A stretch of 64,000 bases of DNA from the human T2T-CHM13v2.0 reference genome, Homo sapiens. The DNA lies in NCBI RefSeq assembly GCF_009914755.1, contig NC_060934.1. The stretch is one strand, 5' to 3'. The notes below the pieces were generated by a model. It had not been told where the DNA came from, did no database searches, and worked only from the letters and a program-made list of their open reading frames with translations. Within the stretch, counting starts at the first letter, position 1, and the number at the start of each line of letters is the position of its first letter. The translations under genes were made by a program, and so were the position numbers. Shown here piece after piece: positions 1 to 20,059 of the stretch.

Positions 1-119
1 CATGCCTGTAATCCTAACACTTTGGGAGGCTGACGCGGGAGGTTTACTTGAGGCTAGGAGTGCAAGACCAACCTGGCCAACATAGCAAGACCCCATTTCT
101 ATTTAAAAAAAAAAAAAAG
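1..119 (+). mobile_element. Alu left monomer/FLAM (cut by window edge)
   Basis: Alu consensus plus A tail. Confidence 0.85.
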
Positions 120-521
120 AAAGAAACAAGAATTTGAGATGTAAACCAGAATATACATGAGTGAGAAGAGAACATTAACAAATGTATTACAAATCACAAG
201 TAATTTAATCAATAAATTACTGTATTAAATATCACGGTCCATAAATTACTGAACCAAATTTATAAACTGTATGAAAACAACTCCCAAAATTAATGACCAA
301 TCATTATCAATCATAAAAGTTATATGCAATGAGAATGTTCATACAATAGAATCCATCATATATCTTTAAATTTCCAAAAGCATTCTTATATGAAGAATAT
401 AATCTAATTATGAACATATATATAATATATGAATACCATAACGTTTCTTCTCTCATAGTATTCTTTTAAAACACATGCAATATGTTAAATGATGCCAAAC
501 TGAATATTTCAGCTTATATAC

Positions 522-797
522 CTGAAAATATACAAGGAAACAATCAAGTTTTCGTTTACTGGAACCTCTGTCAAAGTACTGGCCACATGTGTCCAGAATA
601 GTGCATACGAGTCTAATTCTGAAAAGATGCTCAGGTGGGTCCAGGGAACTTGGAGAGCCATCAGGATTAACACCAAATGAGGTAAAAGAATACAGAGTTC
701 TGAAAATAACAGCTGATTCCACCATTCGGTAATTGTAAAGTTCTCCTAAGAACTTGGCACTGCTGATGCGCCTCTGATTAAATTTAGGTTGATTAAC
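522..797 (-). CDS. UPF2: UPF2 coding exon K (276 nt, phase 0 to 0): VNQPKFNQRRISSAKFLGELYNYRMVESAVIFRTLYSFTSFG...RKLDCFLVYFQ, MIF4G-3
   Basis: Acceptor ttgccttttag|GTTA, donor TCAG|gtatat; FLGEL motif; overlaps ORF 453..725. Confidence 0.97.
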
Positions 798-1150
798 CTA
801 AAAGGCAACAAAACCACAGATTTTCATTAAAGAGGAGTAGTGTATATGAAAACAGGTTAAACTTGTCTCTGTAACTTGAAAATATCTATTACTGAAAGAA
901 CACTGAATAGAGAAATGACAGATCTTTTCTAATAAACTGGTTACTTCTAGGTGTCCTTTTCTCTCTCTAGGAAATGGCTATCTTTAAAGTGTTTTCATAA
1001 AAAGAACATGTTAGGTATTAAATTTAGCTATCATTACATGAATTGTTTCTAAAACAGTTAAAATGTAATTCTACCCTTAACCTATTTTCTCTGCCATCAG
1101 TGAATTAAGGAAACAATAAATCTGGGTTTTACAGTAAGAGGAAACTGTTA

Positions 1151-1504
<354 letters not shown>

Positions 1505-1609
1505 CTAATAAATTTACAGATTCCTATAACTTGAGTCTCAATAGTAACCTAGAAATAATAAATTCTCCACGAATTCCAGTTGTGTGACATTAAAGGAAGT
1601 CTTGTTTAC

Positions 1610-1813
1610 CTCCATTCCTAATCGAATATCTTCTAACACTCCATCCACAACGTGGATCCCAACATCCTCTTGGTAGAGCACTAGTCCTGCTAAGAGGTTG
1701 GCTACACAATGAATACTATTATATTTCACATTCCAGATGTTTATCATACAACAAATAACATAGTCTTTCACTTCTTGGTCCTGCCAGGGCAGCTTTCGCA
1801 TCTGTCTCAAAAC
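1610..1813 (-). CDS. UPF2: UPF2 coding exon J (204 nt, phase 0 to 0): VLRQMRKLPWQDQEVKDYVICCMINIWNVKYNSIHCVANLLAGLVLYQEDVGIHVVDGVLEDIRLGME, MIF4G-3
   Basis: Acceptor ctctttttttag|GTTT, donor GGAG|gtaaac; overlaps ORF 1538..1810. Confidence 0.97.
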
Positions 1814-2113
1814 CTAAAAAAAGAGAATTTTGTTCAAATTATTAAGATAAGTACACAGTAGCCTGACCAAATAATACAGAAATTTTGCTATGATTGCGCA
1901 GAGAACTTTTGAAATAGAAAATACATTAGAAATCCTCTATCGGCCTCTTCAGAAATAGAAAAACTGAGACTTTCTAATTACAATAAAATGTATTATCATC
2001 TTTCCTAAATCCTTCCATAGTGCTCTCAAATTTTCTAGAGTTTTCAGGTCTTCAATCTAGGTGACTGTTCTCAGGTCATTAAAATAAATATCCAATCAGG
2101 AGTTTGGAGTAGG

Positions 2114-2407
2114 TTTCTTTTTCCCCCCCAGACACAGTCTCACTCTGTCACCCAGGCTGGAGTGCAGTAGCGCAATCTTGACTCACTGCAACCTCCTCCT
2201 CCATGGCTCAAGCAATCCTCCCACCTCAGTCCCCCAAATAGACTGGACTACAGGCATGCAATAGCATGCCTGGCTAATTTTTATATTTTTTGTAGAGGCG
2301 AGATCTTCCTATGTTGCCCAGGCTGGCCTCCAACGCCGACGTCAAGTAATCCCTGTGCCTTGGCCTCCCAAAGTGCTGGGATTACAGGCATGAGCCACCA
2401 TGCCCAG
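2114..2407 (-). mobile_element. AluJ
   Basis: Alu consensus, antisense. Confidence 0.88.
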
Positions 2408-2436
2408 TATGGAGTAGGTCTTTAAAAACAAAAACG

Positions 2437-2740
2437 GGCCAGGTGCTGTGGCTCACGCTTGTAATCCCAGCACTTTGTGAGGCCAAGGTGGGTGGATAAT
2501 CTGAGGTCAGGAGTTCGAGACTAGCCTGGCCAACATGGCAAAACCCCATCTCTACTGAAAATACAAAAATTAGCCAAGCACAGTGGTGGGCAACTGCAAT
2601 CCCAGCTACTAGGGTTGCTGAGGCAAGAGAATCACTTGAACCCGGGAGGCAGAGGTTGCCGTGAGCCGAGACTCCACCACTGCACTCCAGCCTGGGTGAC
2701 AGAGCGAGACTCCATCTCAAACAAAAACAAAAACAAAAAC
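2437..2740 (+). mobile_element. AluS
   Basis: Full dimer. Confidence 0.9.
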
Positions 2741-2802
2741 CCAAGGTTTATGAAAAATAACATGCTCTCTTTGGTGCATAATTTGACATAAATAATCTCA
2801 CT

Positions 2803-3104
2803 TTCTTTCTTTCTTTTTTTCTTGAGATGGAGTCTCGCTCTGTCATCCAGGCTGGAGTGCAGTGGCATGATCTCAGCTCACTACAACCCTCCGCCTCCAG
2901 GGTTCAAGCAATTCTCATACCTCAGCCTCCCAAGTAGCTGGGATTACAGGCATGCGCCAACACACTCAGCTAATTTTTGTATTTTTGGTAGAAATGAGGG
3001 TTTCGCCATGTTGGCCAGGCTAGTCTCGAATTCCCGGCCTCAAGTGATCTGCCCACCTCGGCCTCCCAAAGTGTTGGCTCATAGGCATGAGCCACTATGC
3101 CAGC
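2803..3104 (-). mobile_element. AluS
   Basis: Full dimer, TSD aataatctcactt. Confidence 0.9.
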
Positions 3105-3214
3105 TAATAATCTCACTTAAAAAATAAAATCATTAATTTCCAACAAATAAATAAACCCAAAGTCAACTGGCTAAAAGATCCCTTAAGGTGGAGGACACTG
3201 TATCAAGACTGAGG

Positions 3215-3350
3215 CTGTACGACAACCTCAATTTCCTCATGTGTAAAACGGGGGATAACAAAAAAGTACTTACTTCCTAGTTTATGGTAAAGACTAGACA
3301 AGTTAAAAATATGTGAAGTACATAGGAAAGTGTCTGGCACATTATAAAAA
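3215..3350 (+). mobile_element. MIR
   Basis: cctcaatttcctcatgtgtaaaacggggga core, gtgtctggcaca end. Confidence 0.7.
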
Positions 3351-3357
3351 TGTTAGT

Positions 3358-3485
3358 GGCCAGGTGCAGTGGCTCACACCTGTAATCCCAACACTTTGGG
3401 AGGCTGAGGCAGGAGGAGGATTGCTTGAGCCCAGGAGTTCGAGACCAGCCTGTGGAACATAGCAAGACCCCATCTCTATTACATT
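3358..3485 (+). mobile_element. FLAM/Alu left monomer
   Basis: Alu left arm only. Confidence 0.85.
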
Positions 3486-4460
3486 AAATTTTTTTAAAAA
3501 GTTAGCAATTACTATTTCAAAGCCTCTACTATAGCAAGATGATCAGCAGAGCTCTAAACCATAATCAAAGTCTTTCCATTTTTCTCCTTATATAAAATGG
3601 ATACTATTAGCCAATTGCAAAGTAAGCCTTTCATCTCTACTCTTTATTATCATCCACAATTCATCTTTCAAACACTAAACATGATTCTGACATTTCCAAC
3701 GAAGCTGGTATGAGAACTCGTTTAGCCATTCTATACTTTTCAAACTTTTAGCCAATTCCAAAACTATTTGAAACAACTACTGCCTCTGACTGAGGAAGCT
3801 GGTTTCAATTTTCAAACCTGCAACATCATTCCTTATCACCTTCCATCCTAAAAGGAAAAAAATTCTACCCTGTATTATATGTCAAGTGTAGAGTTCACCA
3901 AGAAATGTTTTGTTCAACATATCTTACTTAAAAGCAAAGTTTCTAACATGGTAACTACAATTATTAAGATAATAGGTCAGTGATTCTTTACCTTCACTGG
4001 AAATTAACCCCTGTTGAGAATCTAAAGAAAGCTGCAGACCCTGTTTCCAGAAAAATACAAATAGCCAGAGACGTTCAAAATTACGAAATTTCAGAGGGAT
4101 CATGGGCCTCTTATAACGTCTACTAAAGGTTAGGATCCTGTGTACTGATGCAAAATAATATTTAAGTACAAATTTGTTATGGAATACCAGAGAGAAAGTA
4201 ATAATTTCAAATATATACATAAAATCAAAATTTACTAGAGTTACTATTTCAATTAAAACAAAAAGTTATCATAAAAGGAAAACAAAACCTATGTCCCAAA
4301 TATTATATATCATCATAAGAATTCCTTCTTAGGGTGACTTACACAGAGCTGATTATAAAGGAACTTGAGCTCTACCCCCACTTCTCCTAGACTCTACATA
4401 AGCTTAGCACTACCACAAATCTCACGTTAACTATTAACTGCATGATTTCATAAGATTTAC

Positions 4461-4646
4461 CTTCTCGGTGGTAACCTTAGAGAGATCCTTGTACAAAAGT
4501 TTCCGGACATATTCCTGGAGAGGAGGACGTTTCTTTTTCACGGTTTTTTCAGCTGGAGGTGGGTTGCAGTAGTAATATGCATTCTCTACCATTGTGACGT
4601 ATCTCGCATCAAGATGCATTGCTTGCTTCTTTCTCATCATTTGCTC
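4461..4646 (-). CDS. UPF2: UPF2 coding exon I (186 nt, phase 0 to 0): EQMMRKKQAMHLDARYVTMVENAYYYCNPPPAEKTVKKKRPPLQEYVRKLLYKDLSKVTTEK
   Basis: Acceptor tttttatttcag|GAGC, donor GAAG|gtaaat; overlaps ORF 4434..4673. Confidence 0.97.
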
Positions 4647-4766
4647 CTGAAATAAAAAGTCCAAATTAATCAAAACACGTTCCTTCTAAGATTCCTTTAC
4701 TCCTAACTAAACTTCTATTCTCAGTGATTTGCTATTTCAAAGTAATGGGTTAGAAAGGCAAAGAAA

Positions 4767-5067
4767 GGACTGGGCACTGTGGCTCACACCTATAATCCCA
4801 GCACTTTGGGAGACTGAGATTGCAGGATCACTTGAATCCAGGAGTTCAAGACCAGCTTGGGCAACATGATGAAACCCCATCTCTACAAAAGATACAAAAA
4901 TTAGCCAGGTGTGGTGGCGCACACCTGTAGTCCCAGCTACTTGGGAGGTTGAGGTGGGTGGACAGCTTGAGCCCAGGAGGTGGAGGCTGCAGTAAGCCAT
5001 GACTGGCACTGCACTCCAGCCTGGGCAACAGCAAGACCCTGTCTCTTAAAAAAAACAAAACAAAAAC
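4767..5067 (+). mobile_element. AluJ
   Basis: Full dimer. Confidence 0.9.
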
Positions 5068-5326
5068 ACACAGAGAGGTGGGGGTGGTGAGACAAAAACA
5101 ATCAACAGGCATATCAAAGAGCATGTAAGCATACTAACTGTTATACTACTTATCATTTTTAGAACATACTAGCCCGTGCCTACTTAGCCTTACGTTTCAT
5201 CCAATAAAATACTAGAGAACTTTACTACCAAGGTAACTTCTTTCATAACTTTGTGTCTAGGGTTGCTCAGTATCAGCTCAGAAGAGGTAACTAACAAATA
5301 CAGATCTAGTCACTCACCGTCTACTT

Positions 5327-5458
5327 CATGGTTTCTCAGCCTCAGCACTACTGACATTTCGAATTGGATAATTTGTTGTGGGGGATTATTCTGTGCCTTG
5401 TGGAATGTTTTACAGCCACTCTGGCCTCTACCCACTAGATGCCAGTGGAGAACCACTG
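5327..5458 (-). mobile_element. MER20 (hAT-Charlie DNA transposon), internally deleted
   Basis: ggcctctacccactagatgccag core; termini gtttctca...gagaaccactg. Confidence 0.8.
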
Positions 5459-5541
5459 ACAAGTTGAAGATCTTTAAACAGCACTCCTAATTCTTAAAAC
5501 AGCATCATACCAAGCATTAAGATTACTGAATAATTAAGTCA

Positions 5542-7060
<1,519 letters not shown>

Positions 7061-7594
7061 TTTTAAAAACATATTCACTCTTTCCTATGGACTGCTTTTC
7101 TATCTGTGCGAAATCATCATATACTAGGAGAAAGTTTTGCTATTTATAAGTTCGACTGTGGGTATACCAAGTTTCATAACTGTTTCTCTTGTCTCCTAGG
7201 ATTTCTATAGTACACTGACTATAGCTAAGCCCCTATACTGACGCATCTCTGTACTATAATTAGTGAATGCCTGTTACATATTCAGTCTTCCAAACAGGCA
7301 AGAAAAGACTCCCATGTTTAAAAGAGCTAGAGATTTAATGACCACACCCTATAAGTTCTTTGGACAAAATAGAATGCATCATTTAACTTATCACTCGTAC
7401 ACAGATAATCCAGCTTTTAATCTCAATTAGTCTCAACCTGTTAGCTGGCCTGCTTTAGAAACTTTTCCCCCACACACGCACACTCACACATACCCCAAAC
7501 TAATTTTAACATTAGCCAAGACTAATTTTGAAGGCAAACCAGTTAAAAGGTTATATGTCTTCTCAAATAAATGTGAATACATTTTAGATGATCC

Positions 7595-8400
7595 CATAAG
7601 CACTGATGTGCTTCAAACCAAACTCATCATCTGTTCCCTCCCCTTTATTCCCTCATATCTGTGACTGGCACCATCATCTGCTCAGATGCCCAAGGCAGAA
7701 TTTTAGTCTTATCTTAGGGTACTTCCTGCTTCCTCATCCCTTATATCTCACCACCAAGTCTCCTCAGTTCTACCTCCTAAAAATTTTCATATAGCTAGTC
7801 AGAATTCTCCAGCCTCTCCCCAACCATCCATACCCCGATTCATTTCTGCATTGTTGTCCCCCTGGGTTTCTGAAACAGCCTTCTGACTGTTCTCTCTACC
7901 TCGGGTCTCAGCAGTTATCGCCTCCATACTAATCTTTCTAAAAACGTGAATCTGATCATATCCACCCTACCTGCTTAATTAAAATCCTTCAACAATTATT
8001 CACTGCCACCAGGAAAAAAACTCAAGCTCCTTAGCATGGCACTCTGGGCTCCTTATAAGCTAGTGCGTGCCTATCCTCCTCTCCAGTTTTACCTGCAGCT
8101 GTTTTATTCAACTGGTTTCTCTTCTCTGCCTTTAAGACTCAGCTTAGGTCTCTAAAATAAAAACTGCTTTTTTCAAGAACCCTTTCCTGATATAGTAAAT
8201 TAGGTGCCTCTTCTACCTACACTCAAAATACCTTAGGCTTATACATTAAATCATAATGTATTTTTTTTTAATTTCCCATAATGTATTTCAATTCTCTATT
8301 TATTTGTCTGACTGTCCTATTAGGCTATAAACTACGTAAGGGCAGAAACTCTTCCAATTTTATATTCCAAGGGTCTAGCACAGAGTTCACACCCCATAAA
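7595..8400 (+). mobile_element. L2 remnant
   Basis: ccaaactcatcatct...atctttctaaaa...tctgatcat...actcaagctccttagcatggca. Confidence 0.6.
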
Positions 8401-8617
8401 TACTATCAAGCCATTAGGGGAGACCTTTGCTACTCTCAGTCTGGTTTAAGTACCTCCTCCATGAGCCCACAGTATCCTCTGCAGCCCTCCATTACAGCAC
8501 CTACGACACTGTATTAGAATTACGTAGTTAACTCTCACCCATTACAGGTGAACCACTTTGAAGATGGTAATTATATTTCATTTCTTTTTATCATCCCTCC
8601 TATCTAGCTGTGTGAGT

Positions 8618-8890
8618 ATTCATTCATTCATTCATTCATTCATTCGAGACAGGGTCTCATTCTGCCGCCCAGGCTGGAGTGCAGTGGCGAGATCATGACT
8701 CCTGCAGCCTTGATCTCCCAAGTTCCAGAGATCCTCCCACCTCAGCCTTCTGAGTAGTTGGGACTACAGGAAAGCATCACCACGCCTGGCTAGTTCTAAA
8801 ATGTGTTTGTAGAGAGGAGGTCTCACTATGTTGCCAAGGCTGGTATTTTGTAAGTGCTGGGAATACAGGCGTGAGCCACTGCGCCTGGCC
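8618..8890 (-). mobile_element. AluJ with (GAAT)7 tail and internal deletion
   Basis: Alu consensus; (ATTC)7 at 8618-8645. Confidence 0.85.
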
Positions 8891-9047
8891 TTAATTTTAA
8901 AATTTAATATATTTAAGCTTACATTTTATGTGCTTACATGACACATGAATAATGGTTTGAGATGCACCAAAACATTCATAACATAACAAAAACATTCATA
9001 AACATGGCTCTAACAAAACAGTATTGGGTGCCTGCTCATCTGCATCA

Positions 9048-9243
9048 TTTGTTAAAAGTGTTACAGGTTGAACTTAATTACCCCTTGCAATACTGTGAAC
9101 TCGCTGGTAGCCAAGTGAGAAAAATGTCTACAGCTCTCCAGGGATTGCAACTCATATGTATGGGATGTTCCACTTTAAGTAGAAATGTTTGTATTCATAT
9201 GAAAGAATAAGATAACCAGCACTGGTCAATATTTTCAACCTCT
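9048..9243 (+). repeat. Dispersed direct repeat copy 1 (partner 12039-12235)
   Basis: ~196 bp, about 20 differences by manual alignment (~90% identity). Confidence 0.93.
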
Positions 9244-9298
9244 GAAGCACAGGTAAATCAAGAACCTCTAGCTCTTACCAGCATCCTCAAGCCCTTAC

Positions 9299-9415
9299 CA
9301 AAAGTACACTGGTCCTCAGGTGAGATTCTGGAGATCTGAAAAGAAACCGTCCACATGTCTCCAGCAGGGTGCATGCCATTTCAATATGGTGATGAGAGAA
9401 GTCTGACAGAAGCAT
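9299..9415 (-). CDS. UPF2: UPF2 coding exon H (117 nt, phase 0 to 0): MLLSDFSHHHIEMACTLLETCGRFLFRSPESHLRTSVLL
   Basis: Read manually; acceptor ttcctgttgcag|ATGC, donor TTTG|gtaagg. Confidence 0.96.
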
Positions 9416-10065
9416 CTGCAACAGGAAGAATGATGAAAACTACAAAGGCAACTCTTCAATCCTAGTAGAGAAGAAATTATCATACATCTAATGTGTGTAA
9501 CAACTTGGAAAACGTAAAAAACAGAAGTGAGTCTACTTGGGTTCACTGCTGAGCATCTTTTGTGTTCTGCCATTAATTTTTATTGAAAAACTTCAATATA
9601 TTTGACGTCTTTCACAGAAAGATATGTGGAAACGAATGTCAAACCCCTTTCTATATTTATTGTTAGATGTTTTGTATTTAAACACATGCCACATACACAG
9701 CAGACATTTTCTCAATGCCTTTTGTCTTGGTCTATATATTTATTTTCCAAAATTCTCACTACAAAAGTATTATTTGCTCATTATATGAATTATAGACACA
9801 ACCTATCACTAGGACATTTTAGTATTTACCCTCCTAATCATTTACGCGTATTTCTAAACTAAAACAGATTGAGACATTTGAGAATTTGGTTTCTATTGTA
9901 TCATTTAATCACTTGGTTCTTCTGGCTTACTAGGAAAAATTTTTTGTGTCCTTTTTTGTCCTTCTATGGCATGATTTGCAAAGTATATAGTGCTACATAA
10001 TATGAACGAGATTAAAACTTACTTGATTCTTATCCATCACCCCAATTGCCTTCCATTTCTTGCTA

Positions 10066-10410
10066 CAGGTGAAGTATCCCTTATCTGAAATGCCTGGGAC
10101 CAGAAATGTTTCGGATTTCCAATTTTCTGAGATTGTGGAATACAGTATTTGCACATATATAATGAGACAGCCTGAGGATGGGACCCAAATCTATACACAA
10201 AATTCATTTATGTCTCATATAACCTTATAAACACAGCCTGAAAGTAATTTATACAGTATATATTTTATATGAAATAAAGTTGTGACTGTGTTTTGACTGT
10301 GACTTGCCACATGAAGTCAGGTGACATGTGTCACAATGGTACTCAAAAAGTTTTGAATTTTGGAGGATTTCAAATTTTACATTTTCAGATTAGGAATGCT
10401 CATCAACCTG
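10066..10410. mobile_element. Tigger4/MER46-type DNA transposon (TcMar-Tigger MITE)
   Basis: Degenerate TIRs caggtgaagtatccctt...aggaatgctcatcaacctg flanked by TA on both sides. Confidence 0.8.
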
Positions 10411-10747
10411 TATTATAAAAATGGTGGGACATACATCATTGTAGAGAAATCTGTGGACATATTTATGATTATTTCCTTAAAATGAATTCCTGGGAAAGAA
10501 ATTTCTGTGTCAAAAAAGTGTATATTCTTCCTATATATTTTTAAGAATTAGTACAAAGAAATACACCAATACATTTAAACAATTCACAGCATATTCCTTT
10601 CAATTTCAGCACTCAGAACATTTTCATAATCCCTTCTATAATGCTATCTGGAATTTACCTAAATATACTTATCAGTATACTAGTTTCCAGAGATGCTCTA
10701 AGAAGGATTAGGAAACTTATCCCTTCAATATTTACAATACTTATTAG

Positions 10748-11048
<301 letters not shown>

Positions 11049-11711
11049 TCTATTAGTATTTTAAAAACTCTAAGAAGTCATGCATTAAAAAAAAAACTGT
11101 TTAATTTTGTTTACCTCAGGATGTTCCAAATGTATTTGAATCCATGAGACCTGTTTTGTGTGATATATCTATTAAGATCTCAAGGAAATCAAGTTGATGA
11201 AAAATTTGTTATAGAAAAAAACAACCTTAGTAACGGAATGATCAATTTCAAATGCAGAAGAATTATTCCATCTATTCTCCACCAGCTTTACCACATATAA
11301 TTAATTACTGTTACTAATTAATTTCTACTTTAATTCTATTTGGACAAAAAACATAATCTGAGTAATTTCAATCTTCCAAATTTTCTAAGACTTTATGACT
11401 GATTTTGGTAAATAATCCATAGGCATTTGAAAAGATTGTAAATTCTGCTGCTGTTGGATATAGTATAAATTAGATCACCATTGGTAACTGTGTTGTTCCA
11501 ATTCTGTATATACTTACTTATTCTGTCTGCCTGTTGTTTCAGCTACTGAGAGGTGTTTTCAAGTCTCTGACTATGATTGTAAGATATTTACTCTGTTACT
11601 TGACAATTTTTGCTTTATATATTTTGAAGCCATGTTATTGGTTGCATACTGATTCAGAAAGGTAATCTTTTCCTGTTAAAATAACCTCTTTATCATTACA
11701 AACCAGCCTTA

Positions 11712-12235
<524 letters not shown>

Positions 12236-12629
12236 ATGATAATACAGAGAAACCAGCTTTCATTTTATTAGTATTTGTATAGCATATTTTCCCCATTTTT
12301 TTATTTAATTTTTCTCATCTTCATATTTAAGGGTGACTCTGTTGTAGATGGCTCCTAGTAGTTGTTTTAATCAAGTTTTATATTTTTAAGGCTTTTACTT
12401 GACATATTTCACCCTTTTTAGATTTCACGTAATTACTCGTAGAACTGCATAAGTATCTAAGATCTCACTATTTGTTTTGTATTTTGCACACTTGTTTAAC
12501 GTTACTTTTTCTTCCTTTCTTGGTCTTCTTTTGGATTAATCAAATATTAAATTATTTCACTTTATCCACCATTTATAATTAAAACTTTAAACTTTTCAAT
12601 TAAAAACAATCAACTAATTCAGCACTAAC

Positions 12630-12743
12630 CTTTAAACAATGCAGTGTGTCATTTTTGGTGAACATCTTAAACTTAGTTAGTTCTCCTATAAAACGAACAG
12701 TTTTATTCTTTGTTTCAATATTGATCTGGTCCTTTTTCCGTAC
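12630..12743 (-). CDS. UPF2: UPF2 coding exon G (114 nt, phase 0 to 0): VRKKDQINIETKNKTVRFIGELTKFKMFTKNDTLHCLK
   Basis: Read manually; acceptor ttaatttttag|GTAC, donor AAAG|gttagt; contains the MIF4G FIGEL motif. Confidence 0.96.
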
Positions 12744-12768
12744 CTAAAAATTAAGAGAGAAAAGATAA

Positions 12769-13144
<376 letters not shown>

Positions 13145-13188
13145 CACTCCAGATATTTTTAATACATATGGGTAAAATTTCTTGCTAT

Positions 13189-13501
<313 letters not shown>

Positions 13502-14144
13502 CTATTGTAAGTTAAAGAAAAAATTGCTCTGTATAACACCAGTCCCAAGATGTGCTCTGCAAAACAGTTCCATGGTCGAGTAATTTGGAGAATAAAATGA
13601 ATTTTACCCGGCCTAAGGAGGCTCTTAAATAAGGAAAACTTTAAGTCAATGTTTTTCAAATTTATTTGGCAACACCAACCTTCTTTTTGAAATGTTAACT
13701 ATTAGTTAACATCCCATTAAATTAATACTATAAGGAACACACTTTAGGAAATGCTGCTTTAAAAATAAGAATGCCAAGTGCTCACCTAAGCAAAACTGGT
13801 ATTCAGGCTGGCTAGTGCATTGTAATTATAAACTATGCTACATTTTTATTATAAATACATTACAAGGAAAGAGCCAATATAATCACTGTTCTTTTTTATC
13901 ACCAGTCATGGTTGTATGTCAAAGTTTAAGTCCTTTGCACATGTAAGTCCTCTAATTAGGCACAAATTTCAAGAATTATCAGATGCAACAAAATCCTGCT
14001 GCAACAGTACAATGCAAACAGACACATCAAGATAAATGTAATTGAATTTAACCTCAGAATTCCATTTTCATCGGAAAACCAAACCTACAGTCTAGAAAAC
14101 TTTCATTTTAACACCAGTGACCATAATGTGGTGCCCTGAATTAG

Positions 14145-14759
<615 letters not shown>

Positions 14760-15009
14760 AGAACTTTTTTTTAATGACATCATTTAAGCATACAAAATAG
14801 TTTTGCAATTAGCGACAAATATAAAATAGAATGTCTCATTTTTAATATTAAACAAAATGATACTCAATAAACTTGACTGCTTATTATTAGCCTTGTAATT
14901 TAGAAAGAAGTACAGCCTTCATAAAGAAACTTTCACAAATAAATGTTTCATATACATGCACATAAAAAACTTCTCTTATTAATTTACCTTATTTTCTGAG
15001 CTTCGAGGA

Positions 15010-15215
15010 TTGATTGAGTGTGCACTGTGGACCAGTTTTGCTGGATTTCAATCCCAGCACTATTACTTACACTTACTGCCTGTTACTTAACCTGTGTCTC
15101 AATGTCCTTATCTGTAAATTGGACCTAATAGGGTTGTGAGTCTTAAATAAGATAATACTTGTAAAGCACATAAAACAGTGCTTTGGACCAGTAAGGGTTC
15201 AATAAATATTAGCTA
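15010..15215 (+). mobile_element. MIR
   Basis: ctcaatgtccttatctgtaaattgg...tgtaaagcacataaaacagtg...caataaatattagctat. Confidence 0.7.
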
Positions 15216-15818
15216 TCACTAATTTTATCCTTCCTTGTATATCTGTATCTCTAATACATGGGCACTAAATAAATGTTTGCTGAAAAATAACTGAAAAGCT
15301 AAAGCTTAATATACATATTGCAGTGACGTGAAAGAGCAAAAGTTCTAGAGTTAGAATGTCTGTGCTCTTGAGATCACTTTATGGGATACATTATCTTGAG
15401 CAAGTCATATAAACTCCCTGAGCCTGTCTGCCCACTTGGTAAAGTAAGGATAATGATGATGATGGTAGTGACTACACTTCACTTGGTACTAAGCAATTAA
15501 TGTACAGGACAAAAGAAGATTATACAACTTTTAAAATGATGTTTAAGGAGTATTTTAATGACAGGGTAAAATGCTTCCGAGAAATAACAGAAAATTATAC
15601 ATAAAATATAATTCAGTCATGAAAAACTATAGAGAAAAAAAGGTAAAAATAAAACTAAAAAACAACCACCAAAATGTTAAGAGTCTGCTATTAAGTAATG
15701 AAACTGGGATTTTTCTTTCCTTTTTTTTTTACTTTAAATGTTTTCTAAATTACACTGACCTTGTGTCTTTGTTTGAGAAAACACGTAAGAAAGCACATCA
15801 AAAACTACACACTAAAAC

Positions 15819-16140
<322 letters not shown>

Positions 16141-16488
16141 CTAAAACTAAGTCTTTAGGGTCAGTAGGGTTGGGAAATATATATATATATATTTTTAAAT
16201 CTCCTTGGATGACGTTGGATGCATATCCTCTTCATCATCTGCTATGGAGTATCACACCATTTTAAGCATTACTAAGCATTCTAGTTTTCAAAACATGTTA
16301 ACATCCTGTATCATCCACATCATATATTTACATTAATTCTAATTATTCTGAAATATTATAAAGGTTAAGGAGGTTAGATCTAATAAAAAAGATAAAATTA
16401 TACAACATTTAAATGAAGTGTTATAAATCAATGATCTCACTCCCTCATTTTCAGATGAGAAAACTGAAGGCGTTTTAAAAGGTTGTAA

Positions 16489-16840
<352 letters not shown>

Positions 16841-17070
16841 TTCACTCTCATTTCTTAAAACCTTATGATCAAAAATATGTCAAAACACTTCTGGATGAAT
16901 TCACAATGTAACATTTTCTATATATTTATAGCTCAATAATGCCTCTTGTAAGATTTTACTTATATAATCAATCATCCATAGCAAAAATGTGGCTTGCAAC
17001 TCTGCTAAAGACAACTAAAATTTAGATTAATTGAATAACAAAGTTTGTATATACTAATTAAAACTCTTCA

Positions 17071-17381
17071 GGCCGGGCACAGTGGCTCATGCCTATAATC
17101 CCAGCGCTTTGGGAGTCCAAGGCAGGCGGATCACTTAAGGTCAGGAGTTTGAGATCAGCCTGGCCAACATGGTAAAACCCTGTCTCTGCTAAAAGTACAA
17201 AAATTGGCCAGGTATGGTGGCCTGTGCCTGTAGTCCCAGCTACTTGGAAGGTTGAGGCAGGAGAATCACTTGAACCCAGAAGGCTAAGGTTACAGTGAGC
17301 CAAGATCGCACCACTGTACTCTGGCCCGGATAACAGAGCAAGACTCTGTCTCAAAAAAAAAAAAAAAAAAACACACAAAAA
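17071..17381 (+). mobile_element. AluS
   Basis: Full dimer, TSD actcttca. Confidence 0.9.
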
Positions 17382-17670
17382 AACACTCTTCAGATATGTC
17401 AACACACATGAACTGTAAGGATTTCCTAAGGCCTATCATTTATCACTTTCCTACAGAAAGAACCCTCTGTTCTAGTCAAGCTGGCCCCTCTAGAAGGGCC
17501 AAATAGTTATTCACCCAAATAGAGATTTTCTATCTTCCATAATTTGCTCACTTTGTTTTACATGAAGTTTATTCACTCATCAAACTTTTCTGAAAACCTA
17601 CTGTAGGCTAAACATAAAATCAGTACTGACTCTATAAATAAGTAAATTTGCCTTGACATAGAAAACTCTC

Positions 17671-20059
<2,389 letters not shown>

